Shown piece after piece: positions 9,171-17,254 of a stretch of 28,713 nt of DNA. The position numbers were made by a program, and so were the translations under genes. Below the pieces are notes generated by a model, which was not told the origin of the DNA, searched no databases, and saw only the letters and a list, made by a program, of their open reading frames with translations. How positions within the stretch are numbered: position 1 is the stretch's first letter; every line of letters begins with the position of its first letter. Source of the stretch: an uncultured Phycisphaerae bacterium (lineage in GTDB: Bacteria; Planctomycetota; Phycisphaerae; JAAYCJ01); contig CAYMXC010000001.1 of NCBI GenBank assembly GCA_964394135.1, positions 1-28,713 of the forward strand, written 5' to 3'.

Positions 9171-9550
9171 TCGATATTCCTCACTATGCCCTCAAGTCGC
9201 AGCTCTCCGCGGGTATCGATATTTTCATTACCCGGAATCAATGCCGGCCGCTTGTTTCGCGGCGAAACCTGTACAAGGAACAGGTCGTCTCGTTCGACCT
9301 CCCAGTCGTCCACGATCGTCACGGTGGTTCCCTGCAGCGCCTCGATCGAGGCGAACCAATCGTCGATATCGTCCTTCAGGCCGTATTTCACAGCCACCGC
9401 CGACCAGCGGGAATCGTTTTTGCCGAGGTCCATGGCGCCGACGCCGGAGAATCCCGGCCTTGTCAGCACCTCCACCCTGGTCTTGAGCTCCGACAGCTCC
9501 AGCCGGATGAACTGACACTCGATCGCATTGATCGTCGGCAGTGTGCTCAT
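9167..9550 (-). CDS. Small tail protein directly after the tape measure (distal-tail/gpM-like by position)
   Basis: 127 aa, ATGA overlap with the tape-measure stop, GGGAGG RBS. Confidence 0.65.
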   Translation of the reverse strand: MSTLPTINAIECQFIRLELSELKTRVEVLTRPGFSGVGAMDLGKNDSRWSAVAVKYGLKDDIDDWFASIEALQGTTVTIVDDWEVERDDLFLVQVSPRNKRPALIPGNENIDTRGELRLEGIVRNIE

Positions 9551-11292
9551 TTCGCCTCCCTGGGACTCAGTATTCGTTTCTGTGTATCATTCGGCCGGAT
9601 ATCTTTGATATGTTCCAGCTTGTTCGTGTTCTCCGCAATTTTCTGCAAAAGTTCGAGCATTCGTTCACCGCTCTTTCCCTGCCACCCTTTTTCATTAAAA
9701 AGACTGATATTGGGATTAATATTTTTGAGTCGATGAAGCTCAAAAACCGTTAGAAGGTTCTGCGCAGAGAATTCCGGATCAATTTTACTCAGATCCTTAA
9801 ATGCCTGTCGCTTTTCATCGAGAGTCCCATGGTCGCGGATGATATTCATGTCGCCACCGCCTTCAAGGACTATATTTCCGACGCCGCGGATCGCTTTTAA
9901 AACTCCAATATCGAAATTGCGCGAAAACCTGGATTGACCGCGGTTTTCCTTTTCCACGTCCATTTCATTCAGAATCGCATTGGACAGATTTCGAAGGACC
10001 CCTTCTTTTTCCTCGATCAATTTCTTTTTATTCTCTGCAATTCTGGCCTTTCTTGCGGCGTCGATCATTGGGATGTCGTCCCTGCTGGACAGGATTCCTC
10101 CTACCAGATCGTTTTTTTGCGCCTCGTCGATACCGCTGATAATATTCTGGAATTTTCCGTACTGACCCGTCAGGACTTCGTATGCCTTTTTGGCCTCCGG
10201 CCGGCCCAGGAATTCCGCCTTGTCCGCCTCGCTGTACGGCGTTCGCCTGGCCTTCAGTTCGGCGATCCTCCCTCCGTATTCTCCGCCGGACATCTTTGAA
10301 ACGATCTCCTCGTCGGTCAGCAGACTCTGCCGGTAATGCTGAATCTTTTCATTGATTCGTTTTCGGCCCTCGGCCGGCGCCTCCTGAACAAGCGAGCTCA
10401 GGATATCCTTGTCGGACAGTGCCTTGCCAGCCTCAAACATCGCCTTCATCTTTTGCAGACCGCCGCCCAGGCCCAGCCCGGCAAATCCCTCCTTCTGCAT
10501 CAAGTCCATCAATCGGGATATGCCGCTTGCACTCGTCTTTAAATCCACCCTGTTTTTCGTCATGAGGGCCGTCGCGGCCAGCAGTTCCTCGTCCCGTCCG
10601 CCGATCGCCCGGAGCGAAATCCCCCCGCCGCTTTCGGCAATCGCCGACAGCAGTTCATCCGCCTTTCCGGGCAGTGCCTTCATTGCCTTGCTGATAATGT
10701 CCCGGATGCCGCCGGTTTCCTTTTCTCCGATCGATGTCTGGTAGGCATTGGCGGATCGAGCCAGCATACCGACGTCGCCGACGATCCCGTACAGAGAGGC
10801 ATAGAGGTCCCTATCCTTCTGATTTTTTGCCAGGCCGACGATGACGTTCGCCTCGTCGAGCGATTTCGCCCCGCCTTGTTTAAAAAGTTCCTTGGACTGG
10901 TTGACCAGCTCCTGGAGTTTTTTCGGATCGCCCCCGGCCTTCTGAATCAGTATACCCATCCCCGTCTCGGCATCCTTATGACGCTGTGCGGCCTCCTGAT
11001 AGGCCTGGTCCACCTCGGCGATCGCCTTTTTGACCCCGCCGATAATCGTCGTCAAAGAAAGTAATCCGATCGTGTAATTTTTAATGAGCCCGAGCGCATC
11101 GTCGCCGAATGCCTTGACCTGAGCGTTAACGATCTGTTCCAATCCTCCCTGAGCCTTTTCACTGGCCCGCACGGTCTCCTCGCCGGCCTTTGCAGAGGCG
11201 ATCGCCATCTCCCGCTCCTTCTGGATCACCTTTTCAAGTGATCGCAGGAGCTTCGCCTCGTCGCCCGTCAATGTAACCGTTACATCCGCCAT
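9547..11292 (-). CDS. Tail tape measure protein
   Basis: 581-aa Ala/Lys/Glu/Gly-rich helical protein following the tail tube and chaperone genes. Confidence 0.8.
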   Translation of the reverse strand: MADVTVTLTGDEAKLLRSLEKVIQKEREMAIASAKAGEETVRASEKAQGGLEQIVNAQVKAFGDDALGLIKNYTIGLLSLTTIIGGVKKAIAEVDQAYQEAAQRHKDAETGMGILIQKAGGDPKKLQELVNQSKELFKQGGAKSLDEANVIVGLAKNQKDRDLYASLYGIVGDVGMLARSANAYQTSIGEKETGGIRDIISKAMKALPGKADELLSAIAESGGGISLRAIGGRDEELLAATALMTKNRVDLKTSASGISRLMDLMQKEGFAGLGLGGGLQKMKAMFEAGKALSDKDILSSLVQEAPAEGRKRINEKIQHYRQSLLTDEEIVSKMSGGEYGGRIAELKARRTPYSEADKAEFLGRPEAKKAYEVLTGQYGKFQNIISGIDEAQKNDLVGGILSSRDDIPMIDAARKARIAENKKKLIEEKEGVLRNLSNAILNEMDVEKENRGQSRFSRNFDIGVLKAIRGVGNIVLEGGGDMNIIRDHGTLDEKRQAFKDLSKIDPEFSAQNLLTVFELHRLKNINPNISLFNEKGWQGKSGERMLELLQKIAENTNKLEHIKDIRPNDTQKRILSPREAK

Positions 11293-11303
11293 TCAATCAC
11301 CCG

Positions 11304-11470
11304 TCACATCTCATCGCCAAACATTGCAAAATCCACCTGTCCGTAATTCTGCAGCCGCATGCTCATCGTCGGTTGATCCGGCCTGGCCGCCATGATCTCG
11401 CCCACCGTCGGCCTGTAATCCGGCATCAGGCCTCGCCGCCAGGCGGCGAGAAAACTTCGCCGGCAGCTTT
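11304..11470 (-). CDS. gpT-like -1 frame extension of the tail assembly chaperone
   Basis: Not in the ORF track. The -1 frame from the A9 run reads KSCRRSFLAAWRRGLMPDYRPTVGEIMAARPDQPTMSMRLQNYGQVDFAMFGDEM* and stops at TGA 11304, 11 nt before the tape-measure ATG. Confidence 0.7.
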
Positions 11471-12127
11471 TTTTTTAGCCAGTTCAGTAACGACCGGCCA
11501 GTCGACCAGTGCCAGGATCACGTCCAGATGACATTTCGTATCGAAGAGCCCCAGCGCCGATATCTCCGCCGGCCCGAGCCGGTAATTGACCGCCAGGGCC
11601 ATAGCGGCCAGGTTCGCCTCGTCGCTGATCGTAACCGTGGCCTCTTCGCAGTGGATCAGGAGGTCCCAGATCCGGCACGCCTCGCCGAACAGGTCCCGGT
11701 ATCGGTCCTGCACCTCGCCGGCCGACCATTTCGAACCGTCCCAGGCAAGTTTGCGTGGCAGAGGACTCGTTCCGTTCACGGCCCTCGCCACGGGCACCAG
11801 CCATTCATTTCCGTCCGCCAGTTTCACCATGTGGCCCCCGATGGTTTCCGGCCTGGCCAGATCGGCCGGTCCCGGCCGATTTCCGCCGGGATGATATCCC
11901 AGCCACAGATCGGTATTCGGAATCCGGCTCCAGACAATCGCGTCCGGATTCATGAGCGAATCGCTTTGGCCGAAGGTAAAGATCACGCCGGCCGCGGCGT
12001 CAGGGCCTTTCTGCGTCGCGACGAACGTGGGGCCGTCCTCGGCCATTGCATAGCCCAGCCCCAGTTTGATCGCCTGGTCCCGATTAATCGTCTGCCGTTT
12101 CGGAGAGTAATACACCATTTCGCTCAT
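11426..12127 (-). CDS. Tail assembly chaperone (gpG-like)
   Basis: ORF track 11426..12145; ATG 12127 has a GAGGAA RBS. Lies between tail tube and tape measure and ends in the slippery GCT AAA AAA AAA GCT. Confidence 0.75.
   Translation of the reverse strand: MSEMVYYSPKRQTINRDQAIKLGLGYAMAEDGPTFVATQKGPDAAAGVIFTFGQSDSLMNPDAIVWSRIPNTDLWLGYHPGGNRPGPADLARPETIGGHMVKLADGNEWLVPVARAVNGTSPLPRKLAWDGSKWSAGEVQDRYRDLFGEACRIWDLLIHCEEATVTISDEANLAAMALAVNYRLGPAEISALGLFDTKCHLDVILALVDWPVVTELAKKKAAGEVFSPPGGEA
11432..11476 (-). promoter_or_regulatory. Programmed -1 frameshift signal: A9 run plus downstream stem-loops
   Basis: A9 at 11476-11468; 5 nt later a CGGCGA/TCGCCG stem, overlapping the perfect inverted repeat CTCGCCGCC-T-GGCGGCGAG (11450-11432). 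Confidence 0.7.
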
Positions 12128-12172
12128 CGTCTTTATTCCTCGCAAAGTCTCATTAACCCATCAAATCCGGCT

Positions 12173-13108
12173 TTAACTGATCGCACTGGCCGTATTGATC
12201 GCCAGCGGGTACACCGGCGTCACGCCGCCCGTATGCCATGGCACGATCTTCACCGACATCTGTTTCGGATTGCCGCTGATCTTTCCGGGCAGGACCAGGC
12301 ATTTACCCAGGGTGATCTTGATATGCTGCGCTGTGATGTCCGCGACGTAGGTACCGCCCTCCGCCCGCTTCCGCAAGTAGCAGATAACATGCGAGGCGAC
12401 GTAATATTTCCCGGCCATCGTCAGGGTACCGGCAAGATCGATATGCTGCGTGGTGGCCGTAATCGTAGGTTGAACCTTTCCGATCGACACAAACGACGGA
12501 TAGATATCGCCGTCAGACGAATCGGGTTCAGCGGTGATTCCGAAATCGATACTGACCGTTTTCGAGCCGTCCAGCAGAGTGGTATTGAGCTTGATCGGCC
12601 CCATGGTATAGAGATCGGATACCCCCGGCTTCACGCCCGCGGGCAGATTCGCGTTATGGGTATACACGATCGGATCGACCTCGCCAGCCTTTATAGCGAG
12701 AATGCTGAGTGTTATCTTCGCCGTGCCCTGGTGATCCGCGGACAGGGTTCGCGGAATCATGATCCCCTGCGAAAAGAGCGCGGACTGATGCAGCCCCGAG
12801 TCGTCGTCCGCCTGGGCGGCTCCGTTCAATCGCCGCATATTGTACATGGTTACCAGGTGATCCTCGTCGATCGGCATTCCAGTGGCGCCGGTCAGATCGA
12901 GCACGGCCTTGATATCCGTCGAGGTGATATCCGCAGACGGAGCGCCCTTTGCGATGGCCCCGAAGCTGTTGTAGTTACTCCCGGACCCGCCTTCGAGCAG
13001 CTCCTGGAGTCCCGGATCCAGCCCCTGATCCTGAATACCCTGGATATAGCTTTTCGTTCCGGTATCGATCTCCAGTGCAAAGTCGGTGAATTGTTTGGTC
13101 AGACTCAT
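12173..13108 (-). CDS. Major tail tube protein (putative)
   Basis: ORF track 12173..13162; ATG 13108 (MSLTKQF) has a strong AAAGGAG RBS. 311 aa, beta-rich, immediately upstream of the chaperone. Confidence 0.7.
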   Translation of the reverse strand: MSLTKQFTDFALEIDTGTKSYIQGIQDQGLDPGLQELLEGGSGSNYNSFGAIAKGAPSADITSTDIKAVLDLTGATGMPIDEDHLVTMYNMRRLNGAAQADDDSGLHQSALFSQGIMIPRTLSADHQGTAKITLSILAIKAGEVDPIVYTHNANLPAGVKPGVSDLYTMGPIKLNTTLLDGSKTVSIDFGITAEPDSSDGDIYPSFVSIGKVQPTITATTQHIDLAGTLTMAGKYYVASHVICYLRKRAEGGTYVADITAQHIKITLGKCLVLPGKISGNPKQMSVKIVPWHTGGVTPVYPLAINTASAIS

Positions 13109-13148
13109 TTTTAACTGCTCCTTTTCTCTTGTGAATCCGTCTATTTTT

Positions 13149-13640
13149 TCATGCGGCCTCATGGCCCCTTGTGGTGTCCATGAACGATTTTTTCACGCTC
13201 ACCATGGTCCCGATCGCCTTGTCCAGTTCATTTCCGCAGGCCTCGGCGTCGGCCGCCGAAATCATCTGCAGTTCCTGCGCCTTTCGCGGATCGTTCTGAT
13301 TTTTCCGATACTGATACAGATATTTCGGTCCGTGAATCACCACCCTGGCACCGCTGCTGGCCGCTCGGACGTCCCGCCACATTCGCGCCTGACGATGTAA
13401 TTCTCCGCTCCAGACCAGGGGTTCCTGATGGCCGAATTTCCGGGCCTTTCGAATCATGTAGTTCTTGCTGCGGGGTTTATACCCGTACTCCCGAGCGCCT
13501 TCGCGGGTGAAATGTTTCGGCAGGATCTTCGTATGCCAGAAGACGCCGACACTCTGCCAGGCGGAGACCAGAATGTCACGCCAGGTCCTGGCGTCCAGCC
13601 CCGTCCCTTTCCTCTGAATGCTCTGTTTGATCGGTATCAT
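13149..13640 (-). CDS. Neck / virion morphogenesis protein (HK97 gp10-like by position and basic composition)
   Basis: ORF track 13149..13718; ATG 13640 (MIPIKQS) avoids overlap with the upstream gene. Basic; contains EPLVWSGELHR. Confidence 0.6.
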   Translation of the reverse strand: MIPIKQSIQRKGTGLDARTWRDILVSAWQSVGVFWHTKILPKHFTREGAREYGYKPRSKNYMIRKARKFGHQEPLVWSGELHRQARMWRDVRAASSGARVVIHGPKYLYQYRKNQNDPRKAQELQMISAADAEACGNELDKAIGTMVSVKKSFMDTTRGHEAA

Positions 13641-13659
13641 TTTTACACCCTGTATCCTC

Positions 13660-14139
13660 TCACTCGTAACTGACGCGGAACCCGACCTGGTAAAAATCGC
13701 CGACCGTCTTCTTTTCATCCTCCGACGGCCGGACCATGGGGATCTCCAGACTTATCCCTGTGATATTCAGGTATCCCGGCCTGCCGGCCAGTCCGGTCAG
13801 TTCCAGCAGGACGGATCCTATTAGGTTCGAAAACGTCAGAGCCGCCTCGGATACGCTGTGATCGGGATCGACCGCGCTTTGCAGGACCAGCAGCAGATCG
13901 CCTTTCTGGCTGAATTCGTTTGAAAGACCGCCGGCGGCGTGCTCAAGGCTGAATCGGTTCATCGTATCGACCAGGGCAAACGGAGGATCGGTCTCGCCGT
14001 CGACGGCGACGTAATAGATACTTTCCTCCGCCTCCGCCGAGTTCTTCGCACCAACCCAGGTCTGAAAGCTCGTGCATGCCGCCAGGGCCGATCGAAGATG
14101 TTTCAAAGGCAGACTGAATATTCCGCATGGTTCCACCAT
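13660..14139 (-). CDS. Tail completion/terminator protein (putative)
   Basis: 159 aa, acidic, between head-tail joining and tube genes; ends in a YQVGFRVSYE beta strand. Confidence 0.6.
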   Translation of the reverse strand: MVEPCGIFSLPLKHLRSALAACTSFQTWVGAKNSAEAEESIYYVAVDGETDPPFALVDTMNRFSLEHAAGGLSNEFSQKGDLLLVLQSAVDPDHSVSEAALTFSNLIGSVLLELTGLAGRPGYLNITGISLEIPMVRPSEDEKKTVGDFYQVGFRVSYE

Positions 14140-14150
14140 TTTAAAGCCCT

Positions 14151-14185
14151 TTTACTCTTTACCTTTTGCCCTTTGCTTTTTGGCT
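14151..14185. repeat. Degenerate heptamer tandem array, 5 units
   Basis: TTTACTC TTTACCT TTTGCCC TTTGCTT TTTGGCT fills most of the gap between the stop at 14184 and the ATG at 14139. Confidence 0.8.
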
Positions 14186-14432
14186 ACCAAAAAAGCCTTA
14201 CAAGACCGAAGGCCCCGGTCCCGTAACCGGCCAGAAACGATCCGATCGCCACCACTATCAGAATGGCCCGCGCCTGATTCTGCCACCGCTTCACGGTCTC
14301 TGCCGTCTTGCATTCCAGTTCATGCATTCGGATGGCCGTGGCCGTTTCCTTCGCGAAACGTTTCATCAGGACCTCGCCGACTTCGAAGGCAATGTCCCGA
14401 ACAATGGATTTGTCGCCGTCCGTCAATGTCAT
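14184..14432 (-). CDS. Small protein with a single C-terminal transmembrane helix (holin-like)
   Basis: 82 aa, coiled-coil-like N-terminus then AILIVVAIGSFLAGYGTGAFGLV; ATGA-coupled. Confidence 0.6.
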   Translation of the reverse strand: MTLTDGDKSIVRDIAFEVGEVLMKRFAKETATAIRMHELECKTAETVKRWQNQARAILIVVAIGSFLAGYGTGAFGLVRLFW

Positions 14433-14791
14433 CGCTGTAATATTCCTTTCGATCCGCCGACCTGCCGGCTCTCCCGGCGTTGCAGTTCAAGAACGATGAC
14501 GACCGGCCCCGACGATACAACCCGGCCGACAGCCCAGACCGCTCCGCCGATCATCACCGAATCCCGATCGTCCGGATTCGGAACGTCGGCAGCCGCGACC
14601 TTGAGCCTGGCCTGACGAACGCCCTGAATGGAATCGCCGGAATAGTCCGGACGAAGTCCCTCGTCTTTGAAAATCCCCCTGATCGTGATCGCGGTATCCG
14701 CGCCGTGCGGCAGATACTCAACCGAACGGCCGAATACCGCGGCCAGCGATTCCCAGGAGGAGGCGTTCATCCTGTCGAAGTCCGTCGTCAT
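14429..14791 (-). CDS. Head-tail joining protein (gpFII-like by position)
   Basis: 120 aa directly after the major capsid gene; D..I.G..W.V strand pattern typical of head-closure proteins. Confidence 0.65.
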   Translation of the reverse strand: MTTDFDRMNASSWESLAAVFGRSVEYLPHGADTAITIRGIFKDEGLRPDYSGDSIQGVRQARLKVAAADVPNPDDRDSVMIGGAVWAVGRVVSSGPVVIVLELQRRESRQVGGSKGILQR

Positions 14792-14799
14792 TTTTTAAC

Positions 14800-15753
14800 C
14801 TACGCATCGATCTTCAACAGTGATGCGAAGTATTTGTCGAATACCTTTTCCTGCTGATATTCGCGAACGCGGAACACGTCGCCTTCGACCTGCTCCTCGC
14901 GGTATTGCCTGACCATCGGCTGTTCCGACGCCATCTGCGACCAGACCAGCGTCCGGCCGAGGCCTCCGCTCAGAAGATTGCCGTTCTGACGTTTGAAGAT
15001 CATGCAGTAGTCGTCGGACCATATATCTGCGCCTACGAAGGCCTGGCCTTCCATGGCACTGTCGTAGATCGCCTTTCCGACAAAAAGGTTCGTCAGTCCG
15101 AAGATCGCCGCCAGATTATTGCGGATCATGGCCTCCGTCACTATCGGTGCACCGGGGAATCTGGCGATGATCTTGGAATTGCCCAGCAGATTATTAAGTG
15201 CTACCACGCTGATCAGCATGGAGTCGGGCATCATGCCTGTATTCTTTCTGACCAGTTCCTTCCCGAAGTTCACCTGCGAGATGACGTCGCTGGCGACGTT
15301 ATCCCACGGCGCACCGGAGTAATCGCAATACAGGCTTGATCCGGTCCAGGTCGACGGATTGAACAAAAGGTCGGCGACGCGCTTCTCCCGCTTCATCAGC
15401 AGCTTGTGCATGACATGCTGGACGGTTTCGAGTTCCGCGTCGAAGTCGTTGGAATACTTCTCGCGGTCCGTATCCGTCAGGACTCCTTCAAGCCCATAGT
15501 CCCTGCAGGCATATTCCATATCCTCGCCTTCGAGCCCGACACGATTGAACGCACCGCCGTTTTTATGTGTCGTTTCGGCCATCTTCAGGAGGGATTCTCG
15601 GGTAATTACGGACAGTTTGCCGGACTCGTGGTTTACGAGCCGGATCGGCAGGACCTGTGTGGCGATGAATTCGGCCTGATTCACGTCATACTCGTGCACG
15701 GCCTCGCCAAGGTCCCCTCTTGGAATCGAATAGTTCTGATATTTGATCGGCAT
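14800..15753 (-). CDS. Major capsid protein (lambda gpE-type family)
   Basis: ORF track 14800..15768; ATG 15753 has a GAGGAG RBS. 317 aa with QVLPIRLV, Y.C.DYGLE, RE.RVA.LLFN and PD.ML motifs. Confidence 0.85.
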   Translation of the reverse strand: MPIKYQNYSIPRGDLGEAVHEYDVNQAEFIATQVLPIRLVNHESGKLSVITRESLLKMAETTHKNGGAFNRVGLEGEDMEYACRDYGLEGVLTDTDREKYSNDFDAELETVQHVMHKLLMKREKRVADLLFNPSTWTGSSLYCDYSGAPWDNVASDVISQVNFGKELVRKNTGMMPDSMLISVVALNNLLGNSKIIARFPGAPIVTEAMIRNNLAAIFGLTNLFVGKAIYDSAMEGQAFVGADIWSDDYCMIFKRQNGNLLSGGLGRTLVWSQMASEQPMVRQYREEQVEGDVFRVREYQQEKVFDKYFASLLKIDA

Positions 15754-15864
15754 GGCAGTTCTCCTCAATCGTTAATCGTTTCATGTTGCCCTCAACCGAG
15801 AATGAGGAGAATTACCGAGAAAATTTTTACATTCTTAAAATATCACGCAATGTTTACGCTTTTT

Positions 15865-15928
15865 TAAAAACCGCCGGGCAGGCGTCTCGGTATCGCCCGT
15901 CGGGAGCTACCCTAGCCCGGCAGATTTT
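15865..15928 (-). ncRNA. Structured element (long basal stem enclosing two small hairpins) followed by a U-tract; possible terminator or attenuator RNA
   Basis: Minus strand: AAAATCTGCCGGGC pairs with GCCCGGCGGTTTTT; inner GGG-TAGCT-CCC and GGGCG...CGCCT. Family not identified. Confidence 0.5.
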
Positions 15929-15938
15929 ACAGCCGTCT

Positions 15939-16679
15939 CTACGCGATCGGTATGCAAAGCAGAAAGATATCCGCCGCAGCGGCCGCCGAAAAATTCGCCG
16001 CCACCGCAGCGCCCGCAGCGATTTCGTCCTGGGCGGCGAGAATCTGATCGAAATTAACAACGCCGTTATTCGTCACGCCCTTGGCCTTGGCATCGGTCAT
16101 ATCGTTACCGGCGTTTTTGATCTTGACGTTGGCAGCGTTTGTATCACGGGCTATCATCCATGCCCGTGTGACCAGGGCCTTGCGGGGCATCGATGCGATA
16201 ACCGTCACGTCGCCCGCCTCGGTAGCCGTGCATGTGGCCTTGACGATAAACGGAACCCCGCCGGCCGCCGCTTCATAATTCTGAATGGAAGATGCGCCCG
16301 GGACCGATCCGGTGCCACGGCTGGGAAGAACCTCGACGATATCGCCGGCCGCTGTTGCCGCGTCCAGTGCGGTTCCGATCGGATTGCCGCTTACGCTGTC
16401 GCTCACCTTCCCGTCGTTTGCCGCGTACAGTGTTGCGTTGGCGGAAAAGCTGTCGGCCGCGACCATCTTGATCGTCTCGGCGCCCTCCCGCAGAATCACC
16501 GCGACAGGATCTCCGATCGCGGAGGCACCCTCGGCGTTCGTTACGCCGATATAGCCGTCGCTGTCCGCCTGATCGGCATAAACGACCGTCCGGCCCGTCG
16601 AGGAAAGTTTCACTCGCCGGAACGGTTCCAGCACCTCCCCGGCGATCAGAGTAATCGGACTTTTGCATGTTGTTGCCAT
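15939..16679 (-). CDS. Capsid decoration/cement protein (DUF2190-like N-domain plus extra C-terminal domain)
   Basis: AGEVLEPFRRVKL...GVT...GD.V.V...G...A.DGKV...GTAL.AATAAGDIVEV pattern; lies between protease and capsid; CAGGAG RBS. Confidence 0.8.
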   Translation of the reverse strand: MATTCKSPITLIAGEVLEPFRRVKLSSTGRTVVYADQADSDGYIGVTNAEGASAIGDPVAVILREGAETIKMVAADSFSANATLYAANDGKVSDSVSGNPIGTALDAATAAGDIVEVLPSRGTGSVPGASSIQNYEAAAGGVPFIVKATCTATEAGDVTVIASMPRKALVTRAWMIARDTNAANVKIKNAGNDMTDAKAKGVTNNGVVNFDQILAAQDEIAAGAAVAANFSAAAAADIFLLCIPIA

Positions 16680-16708
16680 TTTTATAATCTCCTGAATTTG
16701 AGAAATTT

Positions 16709-17254
16709 TTACTGACTTACCTGGTTACTTGGTTCCGGTTTTTTACCCTTGCGCTGGCCTTCCAGCCACTTTTCACGCATACCGGGATTTTCTTTATCGA
16801 TCTCCTGCATGGCCGCGGTGATTCCGATATTCTTTTCCTTTGCCCGGGCGTGTGCCATTGCCATAAAGTCCCCGGCCGATCCTCCGTTGACCTGTGTCTG
16901 ATTGAAGGGCACCGCCGCTCCGCCAGCTGCCGGTTTTTTTTGTTCTGTATTTGCATCCGCCTTCGGCCTTGTTTCCGTTTCGGTGGAATCGGCGGTCGTC
17001 TGCTTTTCAAGCTCGGCGATCCTGGCGTCTTTTTCCTGCAGCCGCCTTTCCAGGACGCTGCAGTAGGCGACTTTCGCGTCCTGCAGGCTGACGCCGGCGG
17101 CGATCTGCTCCAGGGCGAAGGCCGGATCGTTCGGAAACGCCGCCTTGATATCGGCCTGTCGCGTTTTTTCCTCCGCCAGAACCGACGCCCGGGCTTCCTG
17201 TTTGATCTGTTCCAGGTCAGGCTTCTGAACCTGTGTTTTTGCATCTTCAGGCAT
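16709..17254 (-). CDS. Nested in-frame scaffolding protein (Nu3-like)
   Basis: In-frame ATG 17254 (MPEDAK) with GGGAG 8 nt upstream, right after a low-complexity linker. Confidence 0.6.
   Translation of the reverse strand: MPEDAKTQVQKPDLEQIKQEARASVLAEEKTRQADIKAAFPNDPAFALEQIAAGVSLQDAKVAYCSVLERRLQEKDARIAELEKQTTADSTETETRPKADANTEQKKPAAGGAAVPFNQTQVNGGSAGDFMAMAHARAKEKNIGITAAMQEIDKENPGMREKWLEGQRKGKKPEPSNQVSQ

Noticed and set aside
11528-13114. 528-aa plus-strand ORF, and similar long antisense ORFs at 8625-9515, 15783-16715, 17477-18652, 18130-19125 and 23901-24881
   Set aside because: They shadow well-supported minus-strand genes, have Arg/Pro/His-skewed composition and no motifs; expected from GC-rich codon bias.
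16709-16745. Possible additional heptamer array at the protease stop
   Set aside because: The period drifts between 6 and 8 and it overlaps coding sequence; too weak to call.
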